Source: Octopus vulgaris (Eukaryota). Taken from it: 64,000 nucleotides of DNA. A program made the translations under genes and the position numbers. Positions within the stretch are counted from its first letter, which is position 1, and each line of letters opens with the position of its first letter. The notes under the pieces are model-generated. The model was given only the letters and a program-made list of their open reading frames with translations, ran no database searches and was not told where the DNA came from. The stretch lies in NCBI GenBank assembly GCA_951406725.2, contig OX597829.1, positions 28,644,001 to 28,708,000 of the forward strand, written 5' to 3'. Shown one piece after another: positions 51,139 through 63,584 of the stretch.

Positions 51139-52597
51139 GTGGGCCACAGGACATCACAAAACATAACTAAAATATGAATTACGAGGACATGGAATAAGGG
51201 CTTTTTTTTTTTTGCAAGCAACAAAAGAAACAAATGGAAAGCAAAACAAGGAATGACCCTTCATAGATGTGTGTGTGTGTGTGATGTATATAACATATAT
51301 ATATATATATATATATGATGTATATAACATATATATGATGTATGTATGTCTGTATGTATAAGATTCATGAGGATGATACGTTTCAAGTCAAAAACTAAAG
51401 ACACAAAATTATACAGTAAGTGGGTTTTAGGTGAGAAAAAAAAATGGACAGATGGTTAACAAAATTGATGGTATTGTTTGTTTAAATTAGCTGTCAAATT
51501 GTAACTAACAAAAACTTCCTGCTAATTCTCTCTTTTTTTTTCTTCTTTTTTTTTAATGCAAAGATGGGTGGAGTGAGAATTTTATGAACCAGGATGGTGA
51601 TGTTAGTCGCTTTTGTTATTAGTAGGACTTCTCTGATTAAAAGATAAACTATCTGTGACCATACCAGCTTTTATTTTTATTATCTATTATCTAGACTCAA
51701 GCATAGCTGTGTGATTAAACAAACAACATGAGTCCAATCTCATTGTGCAGGACTGGATTGACCAAACACATACAAGAGGATTTGGTAGATGGAAACTAAA
51801 AGAAACCTTGTATGTGTGCATGCACATACACACACACACACACAACAGGTTTCTTTCAGTTTCCATCTACCAACTCCACTCTCAAAGCTTTGGTCAGCCC
51901 AGGACTACTGTAGAAGCCACTTGCCCAAAGTGCAGCACAGTGGAGCTGAATAAATATTTATATCGTGGCTGTGCGGTAAGAAGCTTGCTTCCCAACCACA
52001 TAAGTCCAATTTCAGTCCTCCTGCATGGCACATTGGGCTGACCAAAGGGTAGTGAGAGGATTTGGTAGACATAAACTGAGAGAAGCCTGTCATACATATG
52101 TGTGTGTTTAGAGTATATATATATATATATACATATACATACATAATTTAATTTAAACTTAACTTTAAATCCTGTATATCCGAGGATCTGTATGCATCAA
52201 AACATTTGTAGTGATTAAAAACCTGCAGAACTGTACTTACTCTTCCTTTTGACTCTTTTACTCCTTACTTCTTATACATATATATATATATATATATATA
52301 AGTATGTATGTCTCTATATGTACATATGTATATATAATATATATATGTACACACACACATATATATGCATGTATACATATATGTGTGTCTGTCTGTGTGT
52401 GTTTGTCCCCGCACACCATTGCCTGACAACCTATGTTGGTGTGTTTACGTCCCTGCGACATAGCAGTTTGGGAAAGAGACCGATAGAATAAGCACCAAGC
52501 TTACAAAGAATAAGTCCAGGGTTCTATTTCTTCGACTAAAAGGCAGTGCTCCAGCACGGCCACAGTCAAATGACTGAAACAAGTAAAAGAATAAAAG

Positions 52598-52638
<41 letters not shown>

Positions 52639-53647
52639 ATATATATACATATATCCATACATGCATACACACATGCACACAGAAACAGGTTTCACTTATA
52701 AGCACCTCTTTGTAACTGAATGTACCCACCCCACCCCATCATATCTTCACTATCTTCTAATGAGATAACTATAAAGGTTCTTTACTGCAAGACATCTATT
52801 TCTGTCCTCTATCATACTCTACCCTCTTCTCTGACACAAAGCCACCATTCTCAGTTGAGAGGCCTTGTCTTGTTAATTATTTGGTGACCTTATTGATGGC
52901 AGTGCTACTTAAAAATGCACCCAGTTCATTCCGTAAAGTGGTTGCTATTAGGAAGGGCATGCTGCCATAGAAAAAGAAATCTACACCAAAGCAGACAATA
53001 GAGCTTGGTGCAGTCTTCTGACTTCCCAGCTCCTGTAAAACTGTCCAGCCTATGCCAGCATAGAAGACATACATTAAATAATATATATATATATATAGGA
53101 CAAAGGTTTCGTATCTAGGAGAGTCCATATAAGATTTTTGGGGGTCTGTGCAAGCAAAATAGTAAATTGGGGATCCATGGTAATAGTCCATGAAAAGTTT
53201 TGCTTTAGTGAGTTACTTGGTTACCTTGTCAGTACTGGTGCCACATAAAAGGCATCCAGACCACACTGTAATATGGTTGGCATTTGGAAGGGTATCAAGC
53301 TGTAAAAATCATGCTGAAACTAACCTCACCTGTGTTAGTGCCACATAAAAAGCACTGAATCCACTCTACAGAGTGGTTGGTGTAAGGAAGTTCAATTAGC
53401 CATAAAATCCCTGCCAAAACAGGCATGGTAGTCTAGGGTAGTTTTCTACCTGGTCGGCTCCTGTCAACCATCCTACCCATGCATGCATGGAAGATGGACA
53501 TATGATGATGGTGTATGTATTGCAGGAAACAACTAGGCTGACTCAATGAACTTGATCCAACCCTTACAAGCATGGAAAAGTTAACATTAAAATGATGATA
53601 ATGATGGCAATGACAACCTAATCTGGTATGTTTTAGGACAGCGATGT

Positions 53648-53910
53648 GTATGATTTGAAGGAGATTTGGTTGCTATTTCTAGCAGGTTGAGTGACATCTA
53701 GAGGCATCTTCATTGGTTAATACATATATACATATGTAAGACCCCCAGGGTGTGACTCGAAGGAGATTTGGTTGCTGTTTCTGACATGTTGATAGACCAT
53801 TCAGAGTCTACTTTATCAGCATATGCATATGCAACAAAAAGTATGATTTGAAGGAAATTTGGTTCTTATTTCTGGTAAACTGATTGACCATATAGACACC
53901 CTCACTGGTT
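53648..53910 (+). repeat. Three diverged ~95-bp tandem units of a dispersed repeat end
   Basis: TATGATTTGAAGGAGATTTGGTTGCTATTTCT-like block at ~53649, ~53751 and ~53842. Single copies at ~3110 and ~55266. Confidence 0.75.
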
Positions 53911-54464
53911 TAAAGATGGCAGCACTATCCCAACAAGGTACCTACCTTTATCATGACTAATATAGCAACCTTGGTGGAGTGTGATGGTGGGGGCATATAT
54001 CCCATTATTATTAAATGTTGAAGTCAGTAACTGACAACATTGATTGGCTGCTTATAGAGTAATGATCAATAGCCTTTGATTGGCTTTTTGTGCAGCTAAT
54101 AGCCAATCAAAAGCCTTCAATTGTTTACTCCAGCGATTTTATTTATTTATTCATTTATTTTTTTATAGAATGAAAAACATTAAAAGAAACTGCTTGTTGT
54201 TGTTATTGTTTAGATCAGCTACAACAACAAGGCAAAGTCGAAGGGTCTGAGCATAAGAAGAATGAAAGAATGGACCTTGCTGCTGTTGGCAACATGTATG
54301 AGAGGGAGGAACAGGCACATATGAGTGGGTGCAGTTGCTGCCAGGCACGAAGCGAAGGGCAATTACAACAGCAAAGGGAAGGACAAGGTGACAGCATGGC
54401 ATATTGAGAACAAACCAAGAGAGAACCATGAAAACTACCCTTCAGCAGAGTCCTCATCTGATCA

Positions 54465-55045
54465 GCAAGTTGAAGGTATATCAAGCAGTTATATACTGTC
54501 TACGAGATTTAAGCAGCTTATGTAGAAACACTTTAGCTTTATGGTGTGACATTGATAAACTGAGAAATCTGTTGAAAATCACCTGGCAAGACAAGGTCCC
54601 AGACATGGAGGCCCTTTCTCAAGCTGATATGCCAAGTATTTACACACTGCTGAGGAGAGTGAAAGTCAGGTGAGCAGGCTGCATTGTTTGACTGCCTGAC
54701 ACATGCATTGTTTTAAAATGAACTAGTGGAAGGAAATCACATGCAAGGGGGACAGAAAAAGTGCTTCAAGGATACGTTGAAAGCCTCCCTGAAGAGCTTT
54801 GAGATTAACCTTGACACCTGGGAAATGCGAGCACAAGACTGCCCTACCTGATAAAGCTGCACCAAGAGTGGTGCCACCTCCTACAAACAGAACAGGATCA
54901 TAGGAGCAAAAAGAAAATGTGAACTATGCAAGTCCAGAGCCAACTTTTTGCCTTCAGCCCCAACAAACTACAAGTGCCTGACCTGCAGCTGAGTCTCTCA
55001 AGTATATATTGGACTGGTCTGACACAACCAAACACATGAGCCCTG
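54465..55045 (+). mobile_element. RTE (BovB-like) LINE C-terminal remnant
   Basis: KLKVYQAVI, LRNLLKITWQDKVPDMEALSQADMPSIYTLL and GGQKKCFKDTLKASLKSFEINLDTWE. Confidence 0.85.
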
Positions 55046-55082
55046 CCTTCTCCCATGTGATGTCCTTGGTTATCAATCAATC

Positions 55083-55114
<32 letters not shown>

Positions 55115-55809
55115 TAATGATAATAATAATTGTTTAGACCAGGCCAGGCCCTGATTAAGCAGACTTATCATCAAAGCATTCCATCCAAAACCATCATAAC
55201 ATTTTAGAGAAAATGTAAGACAACATTATGTAATATATCCTTCCCATGTTAAGACAATGGGGGAGTATGATCTGAAAGAATACAGATTTAGCTTGTTTCC
55301 AGCAATTTCAATGACTTCACATTGGTGATCAGTAATTGTCAAATATAGTCAGTAGGAAAAATCCAAGAATAGAGTTCATTCACTAAGAAGGTGTAGAGCT
55401 AAAGTTTCAGGTCTTGCCATTTGTCTGAGAGTGAGGAAAGAAGGTAAGGTAAAAGTGGTTTTACCACCTGGGTTACAGATAAATGTGAATTTCAACTTTA
55501 ATATTGCATCCTAATCATTGATACAACCTTTAAAAAAATGACTTTACTTATATTTAATCAAATTTTGCTTTAAATTTTATTTATGAAGTGGAAAAAAGCT
55601 GGCTGTGTGGTAAGAAGTTTGCATCCCACATAAGTAGTTTCAGGCTCAGTCCCCACTGCATGGCACCAGGCTGATCAAAGCCTTGTGAATGGATTTGGTA
55701 CACAGGAACTGAAAGAAGCCTGTCATTTATATGTGTACATCATCATCTTCATCATCATCGTTTAATGTCCGTTTTCCATGCTAGCATGGGTTGAATGGAA
55801 TATATATAT

Positions 55810-56005
55810 ATCTCTTTTACTTATTTCAGTCATGTGACTGAGGCCATGCTGGAGCACCACCTTTTAGTCGAGCAAATCGAATCCAGGACTTATTTTTTGT
55901 AAGCCTAGTACTTATTCTATCGGTCTCTTTTGCCGAACCACTAAGTTATGGGGACGTAAACACACCACCATCAGTTGTCAGGCGATGTTGGGGGGACAAA
56001 CACAG

Positions 56006-56053
<48 letters not shown>

Positions 56054-56216
56054 GACAGGCTTCTTTCAGTTTCCATCTACCAAATCCACTCAAAAGGCTT
56101 TGGTTGGCCCAAGGCTATAGTTGAAGACATTTGCCCAAAGTGCCACGCAGTGGTACTGAACCCGGAACCATGTCGTTCATAAGCAAGCTACATACCACAC
56201 AGTCACTCCTACGCCT
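55810..56216 (-). mobile_element. Full-length CORE-type SINE
   Basis: Family motifs with an internal (CA)n(TA)n. Confidence 0.9.
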
Positions 56217-57930
56217 ATGTGTATATTATATACATACAATATATACTTTTATATATATATATAGGTGTGTGTATCAAAACTACTGTGTGATGTCAAGATA
56301 TGAAGACACAAACAGACCCTCACATAAAATATATGTACAAACCAGATAGAGGGTTTAAAATGCTTGCTAAGCCAATTTAAAATAACAGCTAAATCTCTAT
56401 CTCTCGAATCACATCTTGCATTCATAAAATAAAGTGGGGGGGGGGGGGACACAGATGGTAATGTAGTCCTAGATACACTATCTATGAATAAAAGACAGGG
56501 TGGTCACAAACGGAACACCTTTGATCGTAGGTCTGCGTGATGCAGAGAACTACATGGCCTGGAGCCAAAGGAAAACTAAAAACCAAACTTCAAGCAGAAA
56601 GAAAATATTCTAACAGACAGACCGATTATTTTTCTTTTCCTCTCCCTTTTTCTCTGCAGACATATTTTCATGATTAGCGCAGCCCCAAATCACATTTCTT
56701 GATAATCAGCGACACCAGTTACTTTGGTATTGCAACTTTAATAAGTATTTTTCTGCATTTTAAACTAACTAACATCTTAATGCTTTCACATTAGAAAATA
56801 TCACATCAAGGTTTGTAATAAAGTTAGTAAAAAGAGACACAGTTAGTTATGTATTAAAATAATGTGACAATTGTTTAATTAAACTCGCCCTTAACTGCCT
56901 AGCTATCATGTCCATATAAAGTTAAAAACACAGACGTATACAAGAAGTACATGTGAGTACATGCATATGCACGTGAGTGAACAAGCCAGAGGGAAAAAAA
57001 AAAAGACACATTACAACATAGGGAATGAAATGGAGAATGTGAGAGTGTGAATTGGGCGGAGGAGTGGAGTGGGGTAAAGTTGGGTGGGATGGGGTGGACG
57101 TGAAAAACCTATCTCTATTATAATTTGCTGCTCAGTTACTAATGTTCACAATCAATCATTTGTTTGACTTTTGCTTTTTGATGTCATTTTTTTTTTTTAT
57201 TTCCCATTAAAAAAAAAAAGAAAATAAAACTTATTTTTCCTTCTAGTTGGTAGACCAGGTACTCCACCTTGGGTGTGTATACTTACGTGTAAGTGTGTGG
57301 AGGTGAGTGGGTGGTTTTGTGTGTGTGTGTGTGTGTGTGTGTATGCAGTAAGGAAGATTTAAGTGCTTTGATGAAATTGTTGAATTTTATAAAATAGTGA
57401 AAACAATATTTAAAATGATTATGTGTACAATACACATATACACACACACATACATATGTAGATACACAAATCCCCTCCCCCACATCATACACATACACAC
57501 AATATATACACAGATACACAAATGCATTCATTATGTCCACTTTCCATGCAGGATGGTTTGACTACTTTTATACGTGTCTGTGTGAGTACATGTATTTAGA
57601 AAGCCACACTGTGAGTTGAAGAAAAATGCAAACATTCTATGCTTCTGATGGTCAGAAAGAGTTTGTAAGAGGGAGTGGGGTCTCTGAACAGATAGTTTCA
57701 CTGATTTGTTGCCTTCTAAGACATTTACAGCTTCATTCGCCAAAAGACAGTATATTAACAAACAGACAAGATAGATTCTTGATTTACTGAAATTATCTTT
57801 ACTTTCAGGAATGGTCCACGACTGTTATGTGGCAATTGGGAGCGAACTTCAAATAAGAAGAGACAAACAAACCGGCTGAGATGACATGCTTCTACCTCAA
57901 TAGACATCATCAGATCAGCAACAGCCCTAC

Positions 57931-57993
57931 CTTATCTTCAACTGATGAAATACTTGGAGATATACGTAAAAAAGAGTGGAATACATTCATGGT
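57931..57993 (-). CDS. Weak candidate 63-nt exon (phase 0-0)
   Basis: TTACCCAG|ACCATG...GATAAG|GTAGGG. Reads TMNVFHSFLRISPSISSVEDK, in phase with 47942-48026. Confidence 0.25.
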
Positions 57994-58605
57994 CTGGGTA
58001 ATTTGCATAAATGAAATACACAAATGCAAATATACATAGACACATGCATATATATATATATATATACATACATACATAAACACACACATGTATGTATATG
58101 TGCATATCATGAATGGATATATATATCTTCAAGAATGAATTAAAAGCAGAGCTAGTGTTGTAAACATTTTCAACCACACTTGTATGTGTTATGTGTTTTG
58201 CTTGTTCACCTGTTCTGCAGTGTACTGGCAACCAACTGAGAAACATATATTGAGATGCGTAGTCAATATCATATATATATATATATATGTATATATAACC
58301 TTATCATCATCTTCATAATTTGATATCCATTTTTCATGCTGGTATAGGTTGGACGTTTGGCAGTAATGAATGAACAGCAGGATTGTGCTGAGCTACAGTG
58401 GCACCTTTTACATGATTTCTACAGTTGCATGTCCTTCCTAATGCCAACCACTTTACAAAGTGTATTGAAGGTGGGGTTTTTTCGGGTTTTTTCTTTCTTT
58501 CTTTATTTTTTCAAGCCACTGACACAAGAAGTTGGCCAAGTAACTTGCAAAACAAAAAAAAAAAAAAAGAGATAAAAAAAGGAACAGAGAAAAGGGGAAA
58601 AAAGA

Positions 58606-58654
<49 letters not shown>

Positions 58655-59271
58655 TATAGATAGATGTATGTATGTATGTAGGTGGATTTCTCATGTTTGA
58701 CCATGAGGATTCAGTTGGCCAATGTATTCAGTTATCTGCTCTTGAGTTAACATGAAAGTGATTGAGTATTCCATAGAAATGTGAACCCTTAATGTAAATC
58801 TCAAATAGAATGAGCAGAACAAACACATTGTAGTGTGACAAAGCTGTAAACTTGCTGAATTCAGTTACACTCAACCCAAGAGGCCTCTATACAGTTACAA
58901 TCTACCCAAGATACCATACAGTGAAATTGAACCAGGGACTTCATGGCTATAAAGTGAAAGCTTTAACCATTTGACCACATCACACACACACACAAATGCA
59001 CACAATACATTTATACATATACATAAACAAACATAAATGCAATATGCGTCTATGTGAGTCTGTGCATACCCATACGAATGTGTGTGTGTGTGTGTGTGTA
59101 TGTGTGTGTGTAGGTACATAGGGTAAAATCTCAGCTGTTTCCTGTTGAAGCACATCTGCTTATTCCATTAGTACAATCCAGTATTTAGTTGCTGTCTTTG
59201 TAGTATAAGATGTAAAGTACATATAAAAATTGAAAATTCTGGAAATATTGTTTACAGAATTATTGTACAAC

Positions 59272-60025
59272 AAACCAGGAAGCTAGAACATTTTTTTTTT
59301 TTTTGGTGTTAGTTATTCTCCATTACATACGTTTCATTTGCTAATAGGAATTACCAAGTTTTACATATTAGACAGATATGTAAGAAATTTCCAATTAGAA
59401 ATTCTTCAGACAGATATTTGAATAATAGATTATTATTCAATTCCCATTTCATCTTTGTACCAGGTTTGCAAGATTCATCGTCATCATCCAATGTTTTAAA
59501 TCTGGGTTTTGTCCCCGTTAACAAGGGTGGCCAGATCTACCTCAATGCCATAGCAACTGCCCTCACACCATCTCGTCCGGTTTGGGGCGTCCTCCCTTCT
59601 CAAGCCAACCCTCCCAATCTCCTCCTCCACATGTCCCCCTCCATGTTTTCCTCAGTTTACCTTGCTTTCATAGTCCATTCATCTCAAACTCAAGCACCCT
59701 CCTCAGAATAAGCTCCTCATCCCTCCTCAACACATGTCCATACCACTGCACTCTAATCGCCCTTCCCAGCCATCCTCCAACCCCTGTATCCCCTTTATGT
59801 GAATTCACGTGTTGAAACAAATTGAACTGGTGGGTGTGTTACATATATTAAGGCAATATGACTCTCCCCAGACAACAAAATTCAATTCTCAGTTTGAAGA
59901 ATTTCTAATAGGGATTTTTTTTTTACGCATCTGCCTAATATGTAAAACCTTGTAATCCCTATTAGCATATGAAACATGTGTAATGGTGAATAATAATGCC
60001 AAAAAATATTCTAACTTCCTGTTTT
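59272..60025. mobile_element. Foldback/MITE element with ~150-bp inverted arms (59272-59423 and 59880-60025)
   Basis: Arms pair, e.g. TGCTAATAGGAATTAC/GTAATCCCTATTAGCA, GTTTTACATATTAG/CTAATATGTAAAAC and ATTAGAAATTCTTCA/TGAAGAATTTCTAAT. Confidence 0.85.
59472..59765 (-). mobile_element. RTE LINE 3' end nested in the foldback element
   Basis: AIRVQWYGHVLRRDEELILRRVLEFEMNG..GKLRKTW...GLRREDAPNRTRW, with a (GAT)-like tail. Confidence 0.8.
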
Positions 60026-60119
60026 CTTACTCATGTATGTATGAATGTATACACACACACACACACACACACAATACATTTATATGAGCAAACATGCACA
60101 TTCATACATTACATGCTGA

Positions 60120-60173
<54 letters not shown>

Positions 60174-60849
60174 TATGTGTGTGTATACATTATAAGAGAG
60201 ACAAGAGGTCCACTAATGAAAACAGGTTTGTAAAACTGGGTCAATAAATTAGTAACAGACTTAATCAGAGAATGGAGTGGTGACGGTGGCAGTGGTTGTT
60301 GTGCAGTGGTGGTGGTGGTGGTGGCGGCGGCGGCAATAGTATGTGTATGTAGAGGGAAGGGAAGATGAAAAGAGAGAGAAAAAGAGAAGGACATAAAGAA
60401 CTGCTGTGTAAAAATGTTCTAGAAGGAGTGGGAGAATTATTATGATGAAACTGATTTCAATTAACATAAATAGTACATAAGCTTTATGTATTGTACGTGT
60501 GTGTGAGTGTAGATTGTAGACACACACACACACACACACACACACTCTTGCAGACTTCATAGTACAATACTCATGTCACATATGCAATTTTAACTACATG
60601 AGCATACATATTCACAGATTTGTACCGGCATACACATATGTACACGCATACATACACATTCAGGCATGAATATAAGTATCTGCTTATATTCTTTTTCTGT
60701 GTGTGTATAAATGCATGCAATACATGTAAAGATAATAATTAAAAAAAAAAAAAGTTCTAACAATCAGAAACACATGTATGTATGTGTTAAAAAATTAACT
60801 GAAACTTCTTGATGACGATGATGATAATGATAATAATAATAATAATAAT

Positions 60850-61085
60850 TCTTTCTGCTATAGGCACAAAGCCTGAAATTCGGGATTAGAGGGCTAGTTA
60901 ATTACACTGACCTCAGTACTTAATTGGTGCTTATTTCTTCAACCCCAAAAGGATGAAAGGCTCAGTCAATCTCAGTGGAATTTGAACTCTGAGCATAAAG
61001 CCAAATGAAATGCTGGGAAGCATTTTGTTCAGTATGCTAATAATTCTGCCAATTCACCACCCTTAATAATAATAATAATAATAAC

Positions 61086-61122
<37 letters not shown>

Positions 61123-62080
61123 GCATTCAGAGAGTGCAAACTTCCACCAAGGAAACACCAACATCCTCTCAATGATTAGCCAGAGATGATTTTTAAAATG
61201 AGAATATCTGAAATAAATTCTACTGCTCTTACAAACGAGAATACTAAAAATGAACTCAACCACTCTCAAAAATTAAGTAGAAAAACTGGAAAAATAATCC
61301 AGAATCCTTTTCCGGTACTGGATTGATCCCAAAATCTAATCAATACATGCCGGACACAAAGCCAAACATCCCTAAAAGTTTCATCCAAATCCATCCAGCG
61401 GTTCTTGAGATATCATGTCCATGGACAACAAACAAACAAACCCGACTGAAAACAAATACCTCCATCTTAAGGCAGAACTGATGATAATAATAATCCTTTC
61501 TACTATTGGCACAACGTTTGAAATTTTGCAGGAATTTTACATCAACCCCAGTGCTTAACCAGTACTTATTTTATTGACCCTGAAATGATGAAATGTTAAG
61601 TCGAACTCAGTGAAATCTGAACGTAAAAGATGGAAAATTGCTCAGCAGCATTTTGTCCAGCATGTTAAAGATTCTCCTAATTCACTACATTAATATCTTC
61701 TTTTATTTGTCATAAGACTGTTGAATAGTAAACAGGGAAAATACAAAGACAGGTCAGAGAGAGAGTGTGTGTGTATTGGGAATGTGAACTTACAAAGAGA
61801 TCTGATGAGGTTAGAAAAGAAAAATGAGATAAAAATTATATATAACATCTAAATAAGTAATGGTCTTTTCTATAAAAGGCACAAGACTTGAAAATTGCAG
61901 TAATGGGACTAGTCGATTACAGCAACCCAAGTGTTTCACTGGTACTTAATTTATCAACCCTGAAAGAATGAAAGGTAAAGTCGACCTCGGCAGAATTTGA
62001 ACTCAAAATGCAGCAACGGGCAAAATACTGCTAAGCATTTTGTCCAGCATGCTAACAATTCTGCCAACACACTACCTTAT
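60850..62080 (-). mobile_element. Cluster of Deu/Nin-domain SINEs (60850-61062, 61495-61690, 61865-62080) around (AAT)n tracts
   Basis: SINE body present three times on the minus strand. Confidence 0.8.
61123..61478 (+). mobile_element. Helentron-associated (HINE/DINE-1-like) non-autonomous element
   Basis: GCATTCAGAGAGTGCAAACTTCCACCAAGG start, AAAGTTTCATCCAAATCC...ACAAACAAACAAAC, and decayed terminal CCTCC..TTAAGGCAGA. Inserted in (AAT)n. Confidence 0.65.
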
Positions 62081-62399
62081 ACAAATCAGTAATGATAATA
62101 ATATGGTTCTCTTGATAGAAGAGGACATCTAACTAGAGTAAATTAAGGAACTCTACAGATCCAGAATTACTCTGACTACTAAGGACAACACCTCTTACTC
62201 ATTATTTTCAAGAGTGTCATCAACTTTTTAATCACTTAACTGGAAGAAAGCATCTCCCTCTCCATTCATCTCTTTCTTTGTCCTAAGTGGAACTTTCAAA
62301 GAGTAAAATGTCTGCCTTCAGTTTTTTCAGTATCCACAACAAACAAACCAATTCAAACTCATCAAAGCCTAGGGTTTTCCTGAGAATTTTGATGTTATT

Positions 62400-63150
62400 C
62401 CTGCCACAACTACTCTGTAGAATGCCAAAGTAAAAGTTTTACCAACCACATTATCTGGCTGCTGGAGAGCAATGAGTGTCTGTCAATATTCCAGACACCA
62501 AACATCCAGTCGTTGACTGGCTCAGAACCAATGATTCCATTAAGAAGACATGCCTAACAAAAGGTGGCCATATCTGCTTACTATCTAGGAACCTTTGCAG
62601 ATGCCTTAGAATTTGCACACCAACAACCATGACATACCAAACCTCCCCCATCCTCTCCCCTACAGAAGGGAATGGTAGCAAATAGCAACTTATCCAGAAA
62701 AGCATGTCCCTTCTATGTCCTTATTCCAAACTGAAGCAGGATAGCAGATTCTTCAATCTTGGATAAGGCATACACCTCATATTCCTGCTATTTTACAGAC
62801 AGGTTCCTCTCAACCTGTTTCTGGGAGAGACAGACAAATCTACCCAGTTTCTGTTCATATGAAAGCAAGAGTCAAACCAGACCCACCTCATAGAACTGTC
62901 CTATAGCATGGACTTGTCTTTCAAGATGCTAAGCTGCAAGTCCAACATCTTACCAAAGTTAATCCTCACTTTTGTTACTACCTTGAGAAAGGCACCAACA
63001 ACCTTCACTTCTGTCGTGTCTAACACCATTTCTGTGACATTGTCTGCAAATGCTAACAAAAAACCTCTTGCATTCTAGTTTGAAAGGTACGCCCCTCAAT
63101 AGCTGTGACTTCTATAGCAGTGGCTTTTGAGCTAGCACACACAATATATT
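62400..63150 (-). mobile_element. Degenerate L1/Tx1-like LINE RT region
   Basis: AFADNVTEMVLDTTEVKVVGAFL, KVRINFGKMLDLQL..KDKSM, VWFDSCFHMNRNW and LRHLQRFLDSKQIWPPFVRHVF. Confidence 0.65.
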
Positions 63151-63584
63151 GGATCAGAAATATTAGTATTTTCTAGAAAACATCCCAGAACCATACGGGC
63201 AGAGTATGGAATGGAAGGTAGGCAGTTTAATTGAGAGAAAGGAGAGACAGAGAGAGGATAAGAGATAGATGAAAGGAGAGACAGAGAGAGGATAAGAGAT
63301 AGATAAAAGTAGACAGAGGTAAGCGAAATAACACACACACACACATCATGATCAATTTAACATTCATTTTTCCATGCTCACATAAGTTGAAAAGAATTTA
63401 ATGAAGTAGAGTTTCTGTGGCTGGATACACTTCTTTTTACCAACCCCCACCTGTTTCCATGTAAGGTAATATTTCCCATGATCAGATATATTTTCATGCA
63501 AGGCTGGAAATGAAGGGTGCAACTTGTATTATGGTAACAGTAACACATACTCTAATATCCATTTTTTTTTTCTTCTAAAATTTT

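Noticed and set aside
49373-53910. Regularly spaced repeats as a CRISPR-like array
   Set aside because: Eukaryotic context, the units are long diverged tandem TE fragments without unique spacers, and there are no cas genes.
57116-57137. TATA-like plus Inr-like (TCAGTT) pair
   Set aside because: Spacing of about 15 bp is too short for a canonical TATA-Inr promoter, and such motifs are common in AT-rich DNA.
57960-57997. IRKKEWNTFMVW resembling the Sox HMG motif KRPMNAFMVW
   Set aside because: Lacks the invariant RPMN, and no downstream HMG exon was found.
1567-63344. Most ORFs in the six-frame track (YIYIYI, HTHTHT, CVCVCV, LLLL, NNNN runs; LLSVSVYQIHSQGFG..., RLPNPLTRLWSA...)
   Set aside because: They are translations of microsatellites and SINE bodies, recur at many loci, and show no coding features.
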